This document shows, piece by piece, positions 10,271 to 19,767 of a stretch of 64,000 nucleotides of DNA; position 1 is the stretch's first letter, and each line of letters starts with the position of its first letter. The translations under genes and the position numbers were made by a program. The notes below the pieces were generated by a model. That model was not told where the DNA came from. It made no database searches and was given only the letters and a program-made list of their open reading frames with translations. This DNA is from an uncultured delta proteobacterium (GTDB taxonomy: Bacteria > Desulfobacterota > Binatia > Binatales > Binataceae), in the NCBI GenBank assembly GCA_963724765.1, contig CAVRVY010000001.1:160001-224000 (forward strand), in the 5' to 3' direction.

Positions 10271-11052
10271 TACTTCATGTTGGGCAGGGAGAACGTCTCC
10301 GCGCTGATCGGCACGTCGAAGCTGATATTGTCGTACACAACAGTAGTCTGCTCCTCAGGTTTGTCCGCCGCTTGCATAACCAGGCGCGTAGGAACGAGCC
10401 TCCCCCCCATTGTTTTGTAATCAGAAAAAGTCAGCTCCCGCACCAGCTTGCCGTCTTCATCGTAGTAGCCTTGCCAGGCCGGCATCAGGTTGGTCTGGCG
10501 GATCTGCAGAACAATTTTGCCCCAGACTACCACTGCCTCCGGCTTGGGCGTCAAGGTATATTCATATACCGCGACTTTACCCCGTTTTCCTTCAAAGGAT
10601 GTCGCGATAGAGTAGTCGCGGGTAAGAAAACTCTCTTTCACGAGGTCGTCGATAGTGAAGGCACTTCCCATCCACGAAGTCATCGTCATTGAAGTAGGAA
10701 GCTTGACCGTGCGTTTCGTTTTCGGCAGGTAGTACCAGATGTCGCGACCGACTTTGAGGATCGCTGTGCCGGCTTGATCTTGAGGAGCATCGATATGCAC
10801 CAGAACCTTGTCGCCTAGCGACCAGATCTTCATCGAGAGGTTGCGTGGAGCGTCTTCATTGGAGACTTGCATTGTCAGCGAGGCGATGCTGGATTTGCTG
10901 CTAAACAGGCGAGCTACATGGTCCACGATTTGCCGTGCCCGTGGATCGTCCGCGCCATGAGACGGCTCGGCCGCTGCGGCATGAGAGAGATGGGCCGGAC
11001 CCAGCAATGCCAGCGCAACGCATATGGCTAAACCTGCTTCTTTCCATCGCAT
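10270..11052 (-). CDS. LolA-like outer-membrane lipoprotein-sorting protein
   Basis: Signal peptide; APQDQAGTAILK, IWYYLPKTKRTVKL, SWMGSAFTIDDL, YYDEDGKLVRELTFSDYK motifs. Confidence 0.9.
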   Translation of the reverse strand: MRWKEAGLAICVALALLGPAHLSHAAAAEPSHGADDPRARQIVDHVARLFSSKSSIASLTMQVSNEDAPRNLSMKIWSLGDKVLVHIDAPQDQAGTAILKVGRDIWYYLPKTKRTVKLPTSMTMTSWMGSAFTIDDLVKESFLTRDYSIATSFEGKRGKVAVYEYTLTPKPEAVVVWGKIVLQIRQTNLMPAWQGYYDEDGKLVRELTFSDYKTMGGRLVPTRLVMQAADKPEEQTTVVYDNISFDVPISAETFSLPNMK

Positions 11053-11134
11053 AACTAGACCATGTTTACCCCGAAACGGCCCAAGCAACGCGGGAACACG
11101 CGAGCCTGTCTGAGTCTGATCGGCGCTCAAGCCG

Positions 11135-12193
11135 TCATGCCTGCCCGACCGTACGCTTCGTTATGAGTTCGCGTTTAACTTCGACGACTTCAGTGACAAG
11201 CGGCTTACCCATCAATAGTCCCATCGGTATTCGCACCAGAAGGTTAAAGGCGCATACGGCCAGGGAGAGCGCGAACAGATCGTCCTTGCTGGCGAACCGT
11301 GCAAAACTGAGGGTGAAGACGAGCTGAGTCGTTCCGATCCCTCCCGGCGAAAACGGCGCATTGCCTATCGCCACAATGAATGGCGTCAACGCCAATGCCT
11401 GCGTTAGCGGGAGCTTTATATGAAAACTCGCGAACTGTCCGTAGAGCGATAAGCCTGCGCCCAGGAAAATCAGGAACCTGATAGAGAGCAGACTGAGATA
11501 CTGCAGCGGCCGCGCCATGCGGAAGCTTACCAGCGACGGCCGATCGTAGATCCATCGGAGCCAATTTCCGGCCCCGAGCCTAGCCCCCCACAACAGCCAG
11601 AACGTGGCGATGAAACCGCCAATTCCAAGCGCACCTGCCGCGTAATTCAAGCCGAGACGGATCGGTGACGTCGGCACGACCGCGATCGCAAGCAGCGATA
11701 GTACGGCCAGCAGCATCACGTCGACGTAGGTCTGGAACAGCAAGGTGCCTACGCCCGTCAGCCAGGGCACGCGCTTGCGTGTGTGAAGGAAGAGCACATA
11801 CATACTGCTGGCTACATAGGAGTTGACGATCTGAAAAAAATAGACCGTGGCCATGGTCGGAAGCAGCTCGCGCGACTTGGTCGGCCCGTGGAAATAACTG
11901 AACAGACGGGAATACAGGATCGTCTCACCGACAAACCAGCATAGAAGGCCCCCAAGGCTCGCGCCCACAAAGAGCCAGAACCTGGCACGGCCCGCGGCAT
12001 CGGCCACCTGGCTCCAGGAGATGCCACGCGCGGCGTACCATACGATTGCCGCCGCTATCCCATAGGCGACAAGGTTTTGCAGCACTGTCTTGCGCACCTG
12101 GACTTTCACTCCTTCAGGGATAGGGGTAACGCAGCCCTGCGCATAGGCAATGCGGTATTTCTCCTCAGCGTCGCTTCGTTGGACAGATATCAA
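11135..12193 (-). CDS. Lysylphosphatidylglycerol-synthase TM domain (UPF0104) flippase-like membrane protein
   Basis: About 8 TM segments; PFSPGGIGTTQ motif. The true start may be about 80 nt downstream. Confidence 0.8.
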   Translation of the reverse strand: MISVQRSDAEEKYRIAYAQGCVTPIPEGVKVQVRKTVLQNLVAYGIAAAIVWYAARGISWSQVADAAGRARFWLFVGASLGGLLCWFVGETILYSRLFSYFHGPTKSRELLPTMATVYFFQIVNSYVASSMYVLFLHTRKRVPWLTGVGTLLFQTYVDVMLLAVLSLLAIAVVPTSPIRLGLNYAAGALGIGGFIATFWLLWGARLGAGNWLRWIYDRPSLVSFRMARPLQYLSLLSIRFLIFLGAGLSLYGQFASFHIKLPLTQALALTPFIVAIGNAPFSPGGIGTTQLVFTLSFARFASKDDLFALSLAVCAFNLLVRIPMGLLMGKPLVTEVVEVKRELITKRTVGQA

Positions 12194-12486
12194 CAGGGTG
12201 TCGCGGGCGAATCGGCGGGCATCCAGGGAGGGGGCTCCCGGATGCCCGCCTGCTCACCGTTTGCCTTGCGGCGAACGTCGCTCGGCAAGCGGAAGAATTG
12301 TCACAATCAGCTTGAATTCCGTCACGGGTGAGCGGACTCCTCTTGGTCACTCCGATGCGCGCTCTCGAATACCTACTGTATTTCGATACGCGCGCCAGAG
12401 CCATCGGGCCACGATGTGAGTTGGTTACATGGAGCACCAAGCCCGTCGAACCGCAGGGTTGGGGCCGGCGGCGGTCTGTTACAGTA

Positions 12487-13239
12487 ATGCTTATGCGCGC
12501 CGTGCGAGTGTCAGGGAGCCGAAGATTACGGGGACTCAGGAACATCTCCTGGCTCACCGCGCGCCAGCTGAACCGGCTGGCGGCGGCGCTGGCCATGAGC
12601 CGGGTGGCCAAGCGCGGGATCATCTTCGACGAACAGCATGCGCCCGAATCGGCGTACGTCCTGCTCTCGGGGGTGGCGCGGATCACCTGCTGCAACCGCA
12701 AGGGCGATCGCACGCTGGTGATAATGGTCGCGCCGGGGATGATCCCTGGTTTCCCGCCGCCGGTGTCCGGGATCAGCTATAGCTTCCGCTGCGAGGCGGT
12801 CACCGACTGCCAGATCGGAACCGTGGCGCTGGGGACCTTCATTGAAATCGCGCTGGGGATCGCCTCGGCCGACTTCAAGCGCATGGCCGCCAGCTATTCG
12901 GGACGCTGGGACCTGGTGCAATTGCGCTGCGCGAATTTCATGAGTTGCACGCTGGAGGAACGCGTGGCGCTGATTCTGCTGGAGCTGAGCGAGAACTTCG
13001 GCGTTCCCGATCGGCAGGGCGTGCGGCTGACCGTGCCGGCGCGGCACAAGGACCTGGCCGAACTGGTGGGCGCCTCCCGGCCGCGGGTGACCGAATATCT
13101 CGCGCTGCTCGAACGCGAGCATCTGATTGTACGCGAGGGCCGTCAATTGATCGTCAAACGCGAGCGGCTGGAAAACTTTCTCGCCCACCGGCATTCGTCC
13201 GCCAGCCGCCGCCAGTTCGAAAACACCCTCGCGTCATAA
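12487..13239 (+). CDS. Crp/Fnr family transcriptional regulator
   Basis: cNMP-like domain (YVLLSGVARI); ERVALILLEL; HTH HKDLAELVGASRPRVT. Confidence 0.92.
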   Translation: MLMRAVRVSGSRRLRGLRNISWLTARQLNRLAAALAMSRVAKRGIIFDEQHAPESAYVLLSGVARITCCNRKGDRTLVIMVAPGMIPGFPPPVSGISYSFRCEAVTDCQIGTVALGTFIEIALGIASADFKRMAASYSGRWDLVQLRCANFMSCTLEERVALILLELSENFGVPDRQGVRLTVPARHKDLAELVGASRPRVTEYLALLEREHLIVREGRQLIVKRERLENFLAHRHSSASRRQFENTLAS

Positions 13240-13371
13240 CCCAAGGGCCAAGGGTGATCACTCGCAAGGTGCAGGCGTGGACGAAGCACGTGCGTGCGAA
13301 AGACTGGCTGCGGTGTAATTTTCACTTTTGCGAGGCCCTTGTCGGCCAGACCATCGCGATGTTCTGATGAC

Positions 13372-13584
13372 CTACCACTTGAAGGCGCCTTGGTTGGAGC
13401 CGGTAGGCGCGGCAGTCCTCGATACCGCTTTCCGTTGGCTGGTCAAGAACGAAATGTCCGCGCCTGGCCTGTCGGGAAACAGGACTGAAACGTCAATGTC
13501 CGAAAAGCCCGCTACCTTAAGCTGGTCGACGATGGTGACTGCTGGATCTTCGCCTTTTGCGAGATCAAATAACTCTTTTTGCAC
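13372..13584 (-). pseudogene. Truncated general-stress-protein-like N-terminal fragment
   Basis: IVDQLKVAGFSDIDVSVLFPD resembles 17M/YflT-like general stress proteins, then degenerates. Confidence 0.55.
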
Positions 13585-13597
13585 GAGGTTTATTCTT

Positions 13598-13753
13598 CTA
13601 CTTTTTTACTTTATCGATCAGGCGTTCCACCGTTTTCTTCACCTTACCGGTGGCCTGATCCATCCGTCCTTCGTCCTTAAGCTTTTGGTCGTTCGTCACA
13701 ACACCAACTGCTTCCTTAGCGCGGCCTTTGATCGTGTCGGTCGTTTCACTCAT
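13598..13753 (-). CDS. csbD: CsbD family stress protein
   Basis: DTIKGRAKEAVG...LKDEGRMDQATGKVK; GGAGGA RBS. Confidence 0.92.
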   Translation of the reverse strand: MSETTDTIKGRAKEAVGVVTNDQKLKDEGRMDQATGKVKKTVERLIDKVKK

Positions 13754-13778
13754 CGCATTGTCCTCCCGTTTTGATTGT

Positions 13779-14030
13779 TTAAAGCAGATGCCCGCCGCGA
13801 ACGAGCGGACCACCCGCGCTCATCTTTCCCATGCTCTGCCGCGGCCCGGAAGCAGAGGACGTGCTCGAAACGTCGCCAGCATCCAGGGCGATCGTTTCGA
13901 GCAGCTCGTAGATTCTGGCGCGCGCTTGGCGAACTTCGCTGGCCGGACTAGCGACTTGTTCGGACAGCAGGAAAGTCAATTCGGTACGCGCGCGCGTGAG
14001 CTCCAGTTTCAAGTGACTATACGTCTCCAT
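13779..14030 (-). CDS. Hypothetical protein
   Basis: 83-aa ORF co-oriented within the stress cluster; helical N-terminal half. Confidence 0.45.
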   Translation of the reverse strand: METYSHLKLELTRARTELTFLLSEQVASPASEVRQARARIYELLETIALDAGDVSSTSSASGPRQSMGKMSAGGPLVRGGHLL

Positions 14031-14089
14031 GTTATCCAGCCTTTATCAGCGCCAGCGTAATCGCGGCCTCGCGCAACGGTCGTCAAGTA

Positions 14090-14266
14090 TTACCGAAAAT
14101 ACATCGCATGTCCGAAGCCACCACCACCCATCAAAAGAAACACAACCAGGATGATGAGCAGAAGGCCCGCCAGACCCATTCCCCGCCCGCCATAGTAGCC
14201 GCCGCGGTATCCATAAAACCCGCCGCCGCCGAGTAGTAAAATCAGCACGATAATGACAAGTAACAT
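14090..14266 (-). CDS. DUF3309-like small membrane protein (58 aa, below the ORF-track cutoff)
   Basis: Manual translation MLLVIIVLILLLGGGGFYGYRGGYYGGRGMGLAGLLLIILVVFLLMGGGGFGHAMYFR*. Confidence 0.85.
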   Translation of the reverse strand: MLLVIIVLILLLGGGGFYGYRGGYYGGRGMGLAGLLLIILVVFLLMGGGGFGHAMYFR

Positions 14267-14362
14267 ATAAGTTCCATCCTCTTGGTTATTCGATCCGTCT
14301 AACTTGCACCGCGGCCGGCCTGCGAGAACTCAGAATCCACAGCCTTGGCGTTCGTCGGATCG

Positions 14363-14434
14363 TCAGACTACACCGAGCAGCCAGAGCACGAGCACGATCA
14401 CCACGATGCCTCCAACAGAAATGGGAAGGTACAT
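14363..14434 (-). CDS. 23-aa single-TM microprotein
   Basis: Manual translation MYLPISVGGIVVIVLVLWLLGVV*, preceded by AAGAGG RBS. Confidence 0.7.
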   Translation of the reverse strand: MYLPISVGGIVVIVLVLWLLGVV

Positions 14435-14615
14435 AAAGGACCTCTTCAGGCCTTTCTCTCGCAACTTGAAGGTTGGTCTAGCAGAACGCGGTCAAAGGCG
14501 AGTGGAAGGGCCGCCGTTTGGCTGGATCAAATTCGGACTTCGATTCCTATGTCGATCCCGACTCACCCAGACTACATCTATTGTGAGCCAAATCCCACGG
14601 CAATAACTCCCCGTT

Positions 14616-14657
14616 GGTTCTATGGAGAACAAAATGGGTTCTATGGAGAACAAAATG
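14616..14657. repeat. Perfect 21-bp tandem duplication, each unit containing the palindrome GTTCT-N4-AGAAC
   Basis: GGTTCTATGGAGAACAAAATG x2 in a divergent intergenic region. Confidence 0.9.
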
Positions 14658-14826
14658 CGTCATTCAGGAAGCTTGCCCGCGCCTCTATAGCAAGTTCATT
14701 CTCAGCGGCGCACGGCGCGAACGCGATCGTTTCCATCATAGAAATCCGACTCGCGATTCCAGACCGGCGGGTCCGCGCGCTAGAGTGTCTCAGTGCGGTC
14801 GCAGTAGCTGACGCGTGCGAGGTGTT

Positions 14827-15354
14827 ATGAATCAGATCAATATAGTCGATAAGTGGGAACAGAAACGCATGCGTCATCGCCATGAGCATGCGCCGCTGAT
14901 TAACGTTAACCGGGCGCTGGTGGAGGTCCTGACGCCCGGCCAGCGGATGGCTGACTCGTTCGCGCTGGTAATGGGCAGTTGGAAATTCATGATCGTTCAA
15001 TCGCTGATTCTGGCTGCGTGGATCGTCGTGAACGTCATCGCCTGGGTGCACCACTGGGACCCGTACCCATTCATCCTCCTGAATTTGGCGCTCAGCTTCC
15101 AGGCCGCGTACGCTGCACCGATCATCATGATGTCGCAGAATCGACAGGCGGCGAAAGACCGCTTGATGGCGGAGCAGGACTACCTGGTCAACACCAAGGC
15201 CGAGGAAGAAGTGAAGGCAATCATGCATCATCTAGAGCAGCAGGACGAGGCGATGATCGATATTCTGCATACGATGGAGGAGCAGCATCGGGCGATCATT
15301 AAGGGATTCGCCGCGATGGGGTTTAACGGCAATGGGACTCCAGCGCCCGCCTGA
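14827..15354 (+). CDS. DUF1003 family membrane protein
   Basis: GSWKF, WDPYPFILLNLALSFQAAYAAPIIMMSQNRQ motif; GAGGTG RBS. Confidence 0.93.
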   Translation: MNQINIVDKWEQKRMRHRHEHAPLINVNRALVEVLTPGQRMADSFALVMGSWKFMIVQSLILAAWIVVNVIAWVHHWDPYPFILLNLALSFQAAYAAPIIMMSQNRQAAKDRLMAEQDYLVNTKAEEEVKAIMHHLEQQDEAMIDILHTMEEQHRAIIKGFAAMGFNGNGTPAPA

Positions 15355-15505
15355 GGTCTGAAGGCCCCGCGGAAAATGCCATCGGTTGGGTGGACAGGCC
15401 GATTTCGACTGCCGTCGCGAGGCCCCGATCATGATGCAAGCTGCGTAGTACGCACGTACCGAGGCGCACTTCTCCGCTTCACGCTCGTATCGAACCGCGA
15501 TATGC

Positions 15506-16276
15506 TCAGAAGCTGAAATTGTTCGGGCGAGAGCGAACCGCGCTTCGGGGCGCCTGAAGATTGTGGGTTTCGAGTAACACGTCGATTCCTTCGTCGTGAA
15601 ACAACTCGCGCAGTGCGGCGCCAATGTCGGGATCTTCACGGCCGGCGAGTTGTGGGCCGGCTTCGATTACTGTCACTCGTGAACCAAAGCGCCTCATCGC
15701 CTGCGAGAGTTCGAGTCCGACGTAGCCACCGCCCATAACGATTAGATGCTCCGGCAGTCTGTCGAGGTCGAGCGCTTCGACGTGAGTCATCGGTTGGGCC
15801 GCCGAGAGTCCCGGGATATCGGGCATAGTCGCGCGCGAACCCAGACCGAGGAACACGCGCTCGCCGAAAATCCGTCTCGCACCGCCGTCGTTGAGCGCGA
15901 TTTCAACGGTCTTGGGAGCGACGAAGCGGGCGTCGCCCATGATCAGTTCCGCGCCGCTCGCCGCATGACGATTGACGTGCATCTGATGCAGACCCTCGAC
16001 CATCATCCGCTTGCGACGTTGAACGCCCGCCATGCTGATCGCAAGCGAATCCATTTTGAGTCCGAATTCCGCACCACGCCTGGCCAGCGAGGCTACTTTC
16101 GCGGAGTAGATCAGGTTTTTGCTCGGCAGGCAGGCGACGTTGGGGCACGCCCCGCCGAGCCATCTCCGTTCAACCAACGCGGTGCGATGACCCGCCTTGG
16201 CCATCGTCCAGGCGAGGAACTTCCCCGCTTCTCCGCTGCCGAGAGCAAGAATCTCGTACGTTTCGATGTCTGGCAT
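15506..16276 (-). pseudogene. 3'-truncated pyridine nucleotide-disulfide oxidoreductase (MerA/RclA/LpdA-like)
   Basis: GSGEAG, redox-active GGACPNVACLPSK, GGGYVGLE; homology stops after GIDVLLE and the dimerisation domain is missing. Confidence 0.88.
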
Positions 16277-16683
16277 TGTCCCCGACTCCTCTCTGTAGCC
16301 ACGGTTCGCTAGGCCCTTTTGTCGACCAGGGATCACCTCTTGGCTTTATTCCTGGATACATCTTCTCCAGCGGGACTTAACTTATCCGGCACGGCTCGCT
16401 CTTCTCAGAGTTTGCCATCTCAGCATCTGTTGTTCTCCATCTACCACCGCTTTGGGGTATGCGCCTGAGGTCTCGCGCGTCTCACAGCGCTCTCACTTGA
16501 GGCTTAGCAGTGGTGGAGCATTTGTTCGGCAGATCCATCTCTATTCGCATTGTCCGGGTGTCCACGGGAGAGCCTTCGAGCGACTAGCGACCGGGGAAGC
16601 CATTTCCTTTTGAGTTCACGACCCATCAATTTGCAGACACATCTTCACGAAGAGAACTTCAGGCAGTCGCGACTGATCTCCAT

Positions 16684-17340
16684 TCAATCGCGGAAGGGTG
16701 TGCCTGCAATGATGTCGCAGAAATTTGGTCTGACGTAGCCGGGCAGGAAGCGCTCGACTGCGTCACCCATAGTATTAGCCCACCCGGTCTGCGGCTTATG
16801 GAAAATTGCTTCAGCGAAGGTTCGTGGCATCACCTCTTTGAAGTTAAGTCGGGGAAAGGCCGCCAGGACCTCTTCGCGCTCCGAGTCCGCAACCTCCTGA
16901 AAACCAATACCTAACACGTCCACGTTCACGCCCTCATAGACCAGTTCAATCTCGGGCCGCTTGTACTTCGGAATTTCCAAGGTGTTATGCAGCGCGATCG
17001 CATCCCAAACGATTTCGATCGATTGTCGAGGGATTCCGCGCTCGACGAGGAACTTGCGAGCCGCGTTTGCTCTGTCGAGTTCGAATCGTTCATTCGGGCT
17101 GCTGTACTTTTTGACTAGCCCGAAGTCATGGAATACGGCGCCCAGGTAAAGCAACTCATGATCCACGCTGAGACCGTGACGCGCGCCGTGCAGGGCGCCA
17201 AACAGATACACACGAAGAGAGTGATTGAATAACATTGGCGATGCGGAAGCCCGCAACAGCTCGGTGGCCTCCATCCCTGCATCATCATACTGAGCGAGCC
17301 CGGTATCAGACGCCTCAGGAATTCGCGTGCGGCATGGGAC
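16684..17340 (-). CDS. HD-domain phosphohydrolase (cyanamide-hydratase-like); 5' end degenerate or uncertain
   Basis: NHSLRVYLFG, FHDFG, RFELD.ANAA, WDAIALH motifs. Confidence 0.75.
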   Translation of the reverse strand, partial: VPCRTRIPEASDTGLAQYDDAGMEATELLRASASPMLFNHSLRVYLFGALHGARHGLSVDHELLYLGAVFHDFGLVKKYSSPNERFELDRANAARKFLVERGIPRQSIEIVWDAIALHNTLEIPKYKRPEIELVYEGVNVDVLGIGFQEVADSEREEVLAAFPRLNFKEVMPRTFAEAIFHKPQTGWANTMGDAVERFLPGYVRPNFCDIIAGTPFRD

Positions 17341-17699
17341 GTAGCGACAAACCTCTTCGGACCGATTCAGAATAGTCGTCCGCGGCCACGCGACAGAATG
17401 ATCGGAGAAGTTGCTCGACCGAAGCGCGCAAGAGGTTGAGAACCGCCTCGCAAGGCGTGCCGGCAGGCGTCGTCGGAAAGGGGCCGATACGTGGATTCCT
17501 TGGCGGCCAACGAAGAAATCTCCCGTCAGATTGCGACCGAGCTTGCCGAATCGCCGATTGCAAATACCGATGTTGCTCTTATACTCCAGCGACAAGAATT
17601 AGACCAAGCCGTCGGTCCGCATCCGCGGCGCCCCGTGACCACGTGGAACAATGCGATCGCGTAGGGCGATCCCTGCAGGCGGCGGCCCCCTGTTACCGT

Positions 17700-17991
17700 C
17701 GACGAGGCTCATTGCTATCTGGCACGCGCGAAGGTTCTCGCCTTCGAAGCCCTTCCACAATTAGTGACCGAGATAGCTTCGCGCACCGCGACCCTCAAGA
17801 CGCTCGAAGGCGTGCTGCTTTCGCTGATCCTGAGCGAGCGCAGCCGCGCCCAGGGCAACAATACAAGCGGGCTTCTCGACGCGCCCGAACTCGCCAAGCG
17901 CTTGGGATTTCCGCAATCATGGGTCAGGGAACAGGGCACGGCTCGGAAAGCTGCCTTTCATCCGACTCGGCCACGTTCGATTCAGGCTTGA
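17700..17991 (+). pseudogene. Excisionase-like HTH remnant
   Basis: LLDAPELAKRLGFPQSWVREQ (MerR/Xis-type HTH) with a degenerate tail; the frame extends upstream of 17764. Confidence 0.6.
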
Positions 17992-18069
17992 AGAAATCGA
18001 ACGCTACCTCGCGGAACGCGCCAGCCAAGCCGCTTGATTTCCGGTCCGCCGTACTATACGCCCGTATAA

Positions 18070-18261
18070 ATGACCGGCGGGGAGATTCGTGCGCTCAGGG
18101 AAAAACTGGGCTGGACTCAGATGGCCTTGGCCGAGGCTATCGGAGTAACCTCGAACACCGTAGCCCGATGGGAGTGCGGCGAGATGGCGATCTCCGAATC
18201 GGCCGCCAGACTCCTCCAAAAAATCGCCGCTGAGCAACGATCTCGTACTGGGAAGAGGTGA
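18070..18261 (+). CDS. XRE/Cro-type HTH protein
   Basis: IRALREKLGWTQMALAEAIGVTSNTVARWECG. Confidence 0.9.
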   Translation: MTGGEIRALREKLGWTQMALAEAIGVTSNTVARWECGEMAISESAARLLQKIAAEQRSRTGKR

Positions 18262-18268
18262 GGGCGCT

Positions 18269-18439
18269 ATGACTTCGATCAAACGGCACCATCAGGGCAA
18301 CGGCCAGAATTGCGAATGCCCATGGCGGCTTGATTATCGCCCGATGGGCACCTACGGCTCCCGACGGCGATTATTTTTCCCGACCAGGAAGGCAGCGGAG
18401 AAACAGCTCGCGCTCGCGCCGAGAATCAAAATCGTGTAA
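18269..18439 (+). pseudogene. Tyrosine integrase N-terminal arm-binding remnant (56 aa)
   Basis: Manual translation MTSIKRHHQGNGQNCECPWRLDYRPMGTYGSRRRLFFPTRKAAEKQ...; no catalytic domain follows. Confidence 0.6.
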
Positions 18440-18459
18440 GTGCTTGATTTATAAGGCTT

Positions 18460-18549
18460 GGAGGGGTGGCCGAGCGGTTGAAGGCACCGGTCTTGAAAAC
18501 CGGCAGCGGCGAAAGTCGCTCGTGGGTTCGAATCCCACCCCCTCCGCCA
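18460..18549 (+). tRNA. tRNA-Ser (anticodon UGA)
   Basis: GGAGGGG/CCCCTCC acceptor stem, CCGGT-CTTGAAA-ACCGG anticodon arm, long variable arm, GGTTCGAATCC, encoded CCA. Confidence 0.97.
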
Positions 18550-18963
18550 GCGAGTCTGCGATGTTGAGCATTCTCCGGAGAACTGCACGGAATCGCCGTG
18601 TGTGCGGCGCTTGGTGGTTTCAAAGTCCGAGATTCCCACGCCGTTCGCCTGGATTCTCTCCATTTCTGATTTCGGCGGTGGACTTTGGCGTTCTGAGCAC
18701 TAACTTGTCCGCGGCCGGATGGGCGCACAATCAGAGCGCGACGCCCGAATGCTTCGACGCTTCGGCGGATTCGATCAGGAAACGGTGCTCGGAACGATCA
18801 AGCTGTTTGCAACGCTGAAAAACTGATCCACTTTACCGCTGTAAAAATGAGCCACTCCGGACCGGTTCCTTGTTCGCTCTTTTCTGAGATTTTAAACGTC
18901 TGATCTTTTCGCCGATGCGCGTTAGGTGTCGCGCGCCAGCGCGTACCCTGCGCGTAAGCGTTC

Positions 18964-19767
18964 CTAACGCGCTGCACTATGGTCGGCATAGAGTTCTTTC
19001 TTCGCGCCGCTGGAAGCAGCGGGCTTGGCGCCGCGCTGGCTGCGAAAGGAATCGCCGCGAGTTGTGAGTATGTGGGCGTGATGACTGAGACGATCGAGCA
19101 GCGCCGTCGTGAGCTTTTCGTCGCCGAATACCTTTACCCACTCCGAGAACGCCAGATTGGTGGTGATGATGGTCGAGCGGCGTTCGTAGCGCTGGGCCAG
19201 CAGATTGAAGAGCAACTCGCCGCCGGTGCGCTCGAACGGCACGAATCCCAGTTCATCGGCGATCAGAAGCGCGACTTTTTGATAACGCTGCTGAAGCACA
19301 GTGAGCCGCCGCTCGTCGCGCGCCTCGACCAGGCTCTGCACCAGATCGGCGGCCCGCGCGAAGTGAACTCGCAGCCGCCGGCGCGTGGCTTCCAGTCCAA
19401 GCGCGATCGCCAGATGCGTCTTACCGGTGCCGATCGGGCCGGCCAGGATTACATCCTCTGCGCGTCCGATGAAGTCGCAACTCGCCAGTTCCATCAGCTT
19501 GGGCCGTGACACGCCCTTAAGCGCCGCCCAATCGAGCTGGTCGAAGGTCTTGACGTCGGCAAAGCGCGCCTCGCGCAGCAGGCGGCGCGCGGTGCTTTGA
19601 TGGCGATTGGTGATCTCGGCTTCGAGCAGTTCGCGCAGCAGATCTTCGTAGGGCCAACCGGCATCGCGAGCGCGCCGACATATGGCGGGATAATCACGCA
19701 CTACAGCAGCGAGCTTGAGTTCGTGGCAGTACTACTGGATGACCGCCTCACACGCCGCGTTACTCAT
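18964..19767 (-). pseudogene. istB: IstB helper ATPase with in-frame TAG at 19732-19734
   Basis: [28 protein letters not shown]; MSNAACEAVIQ*YCHELKL. Confidence 0.92.
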
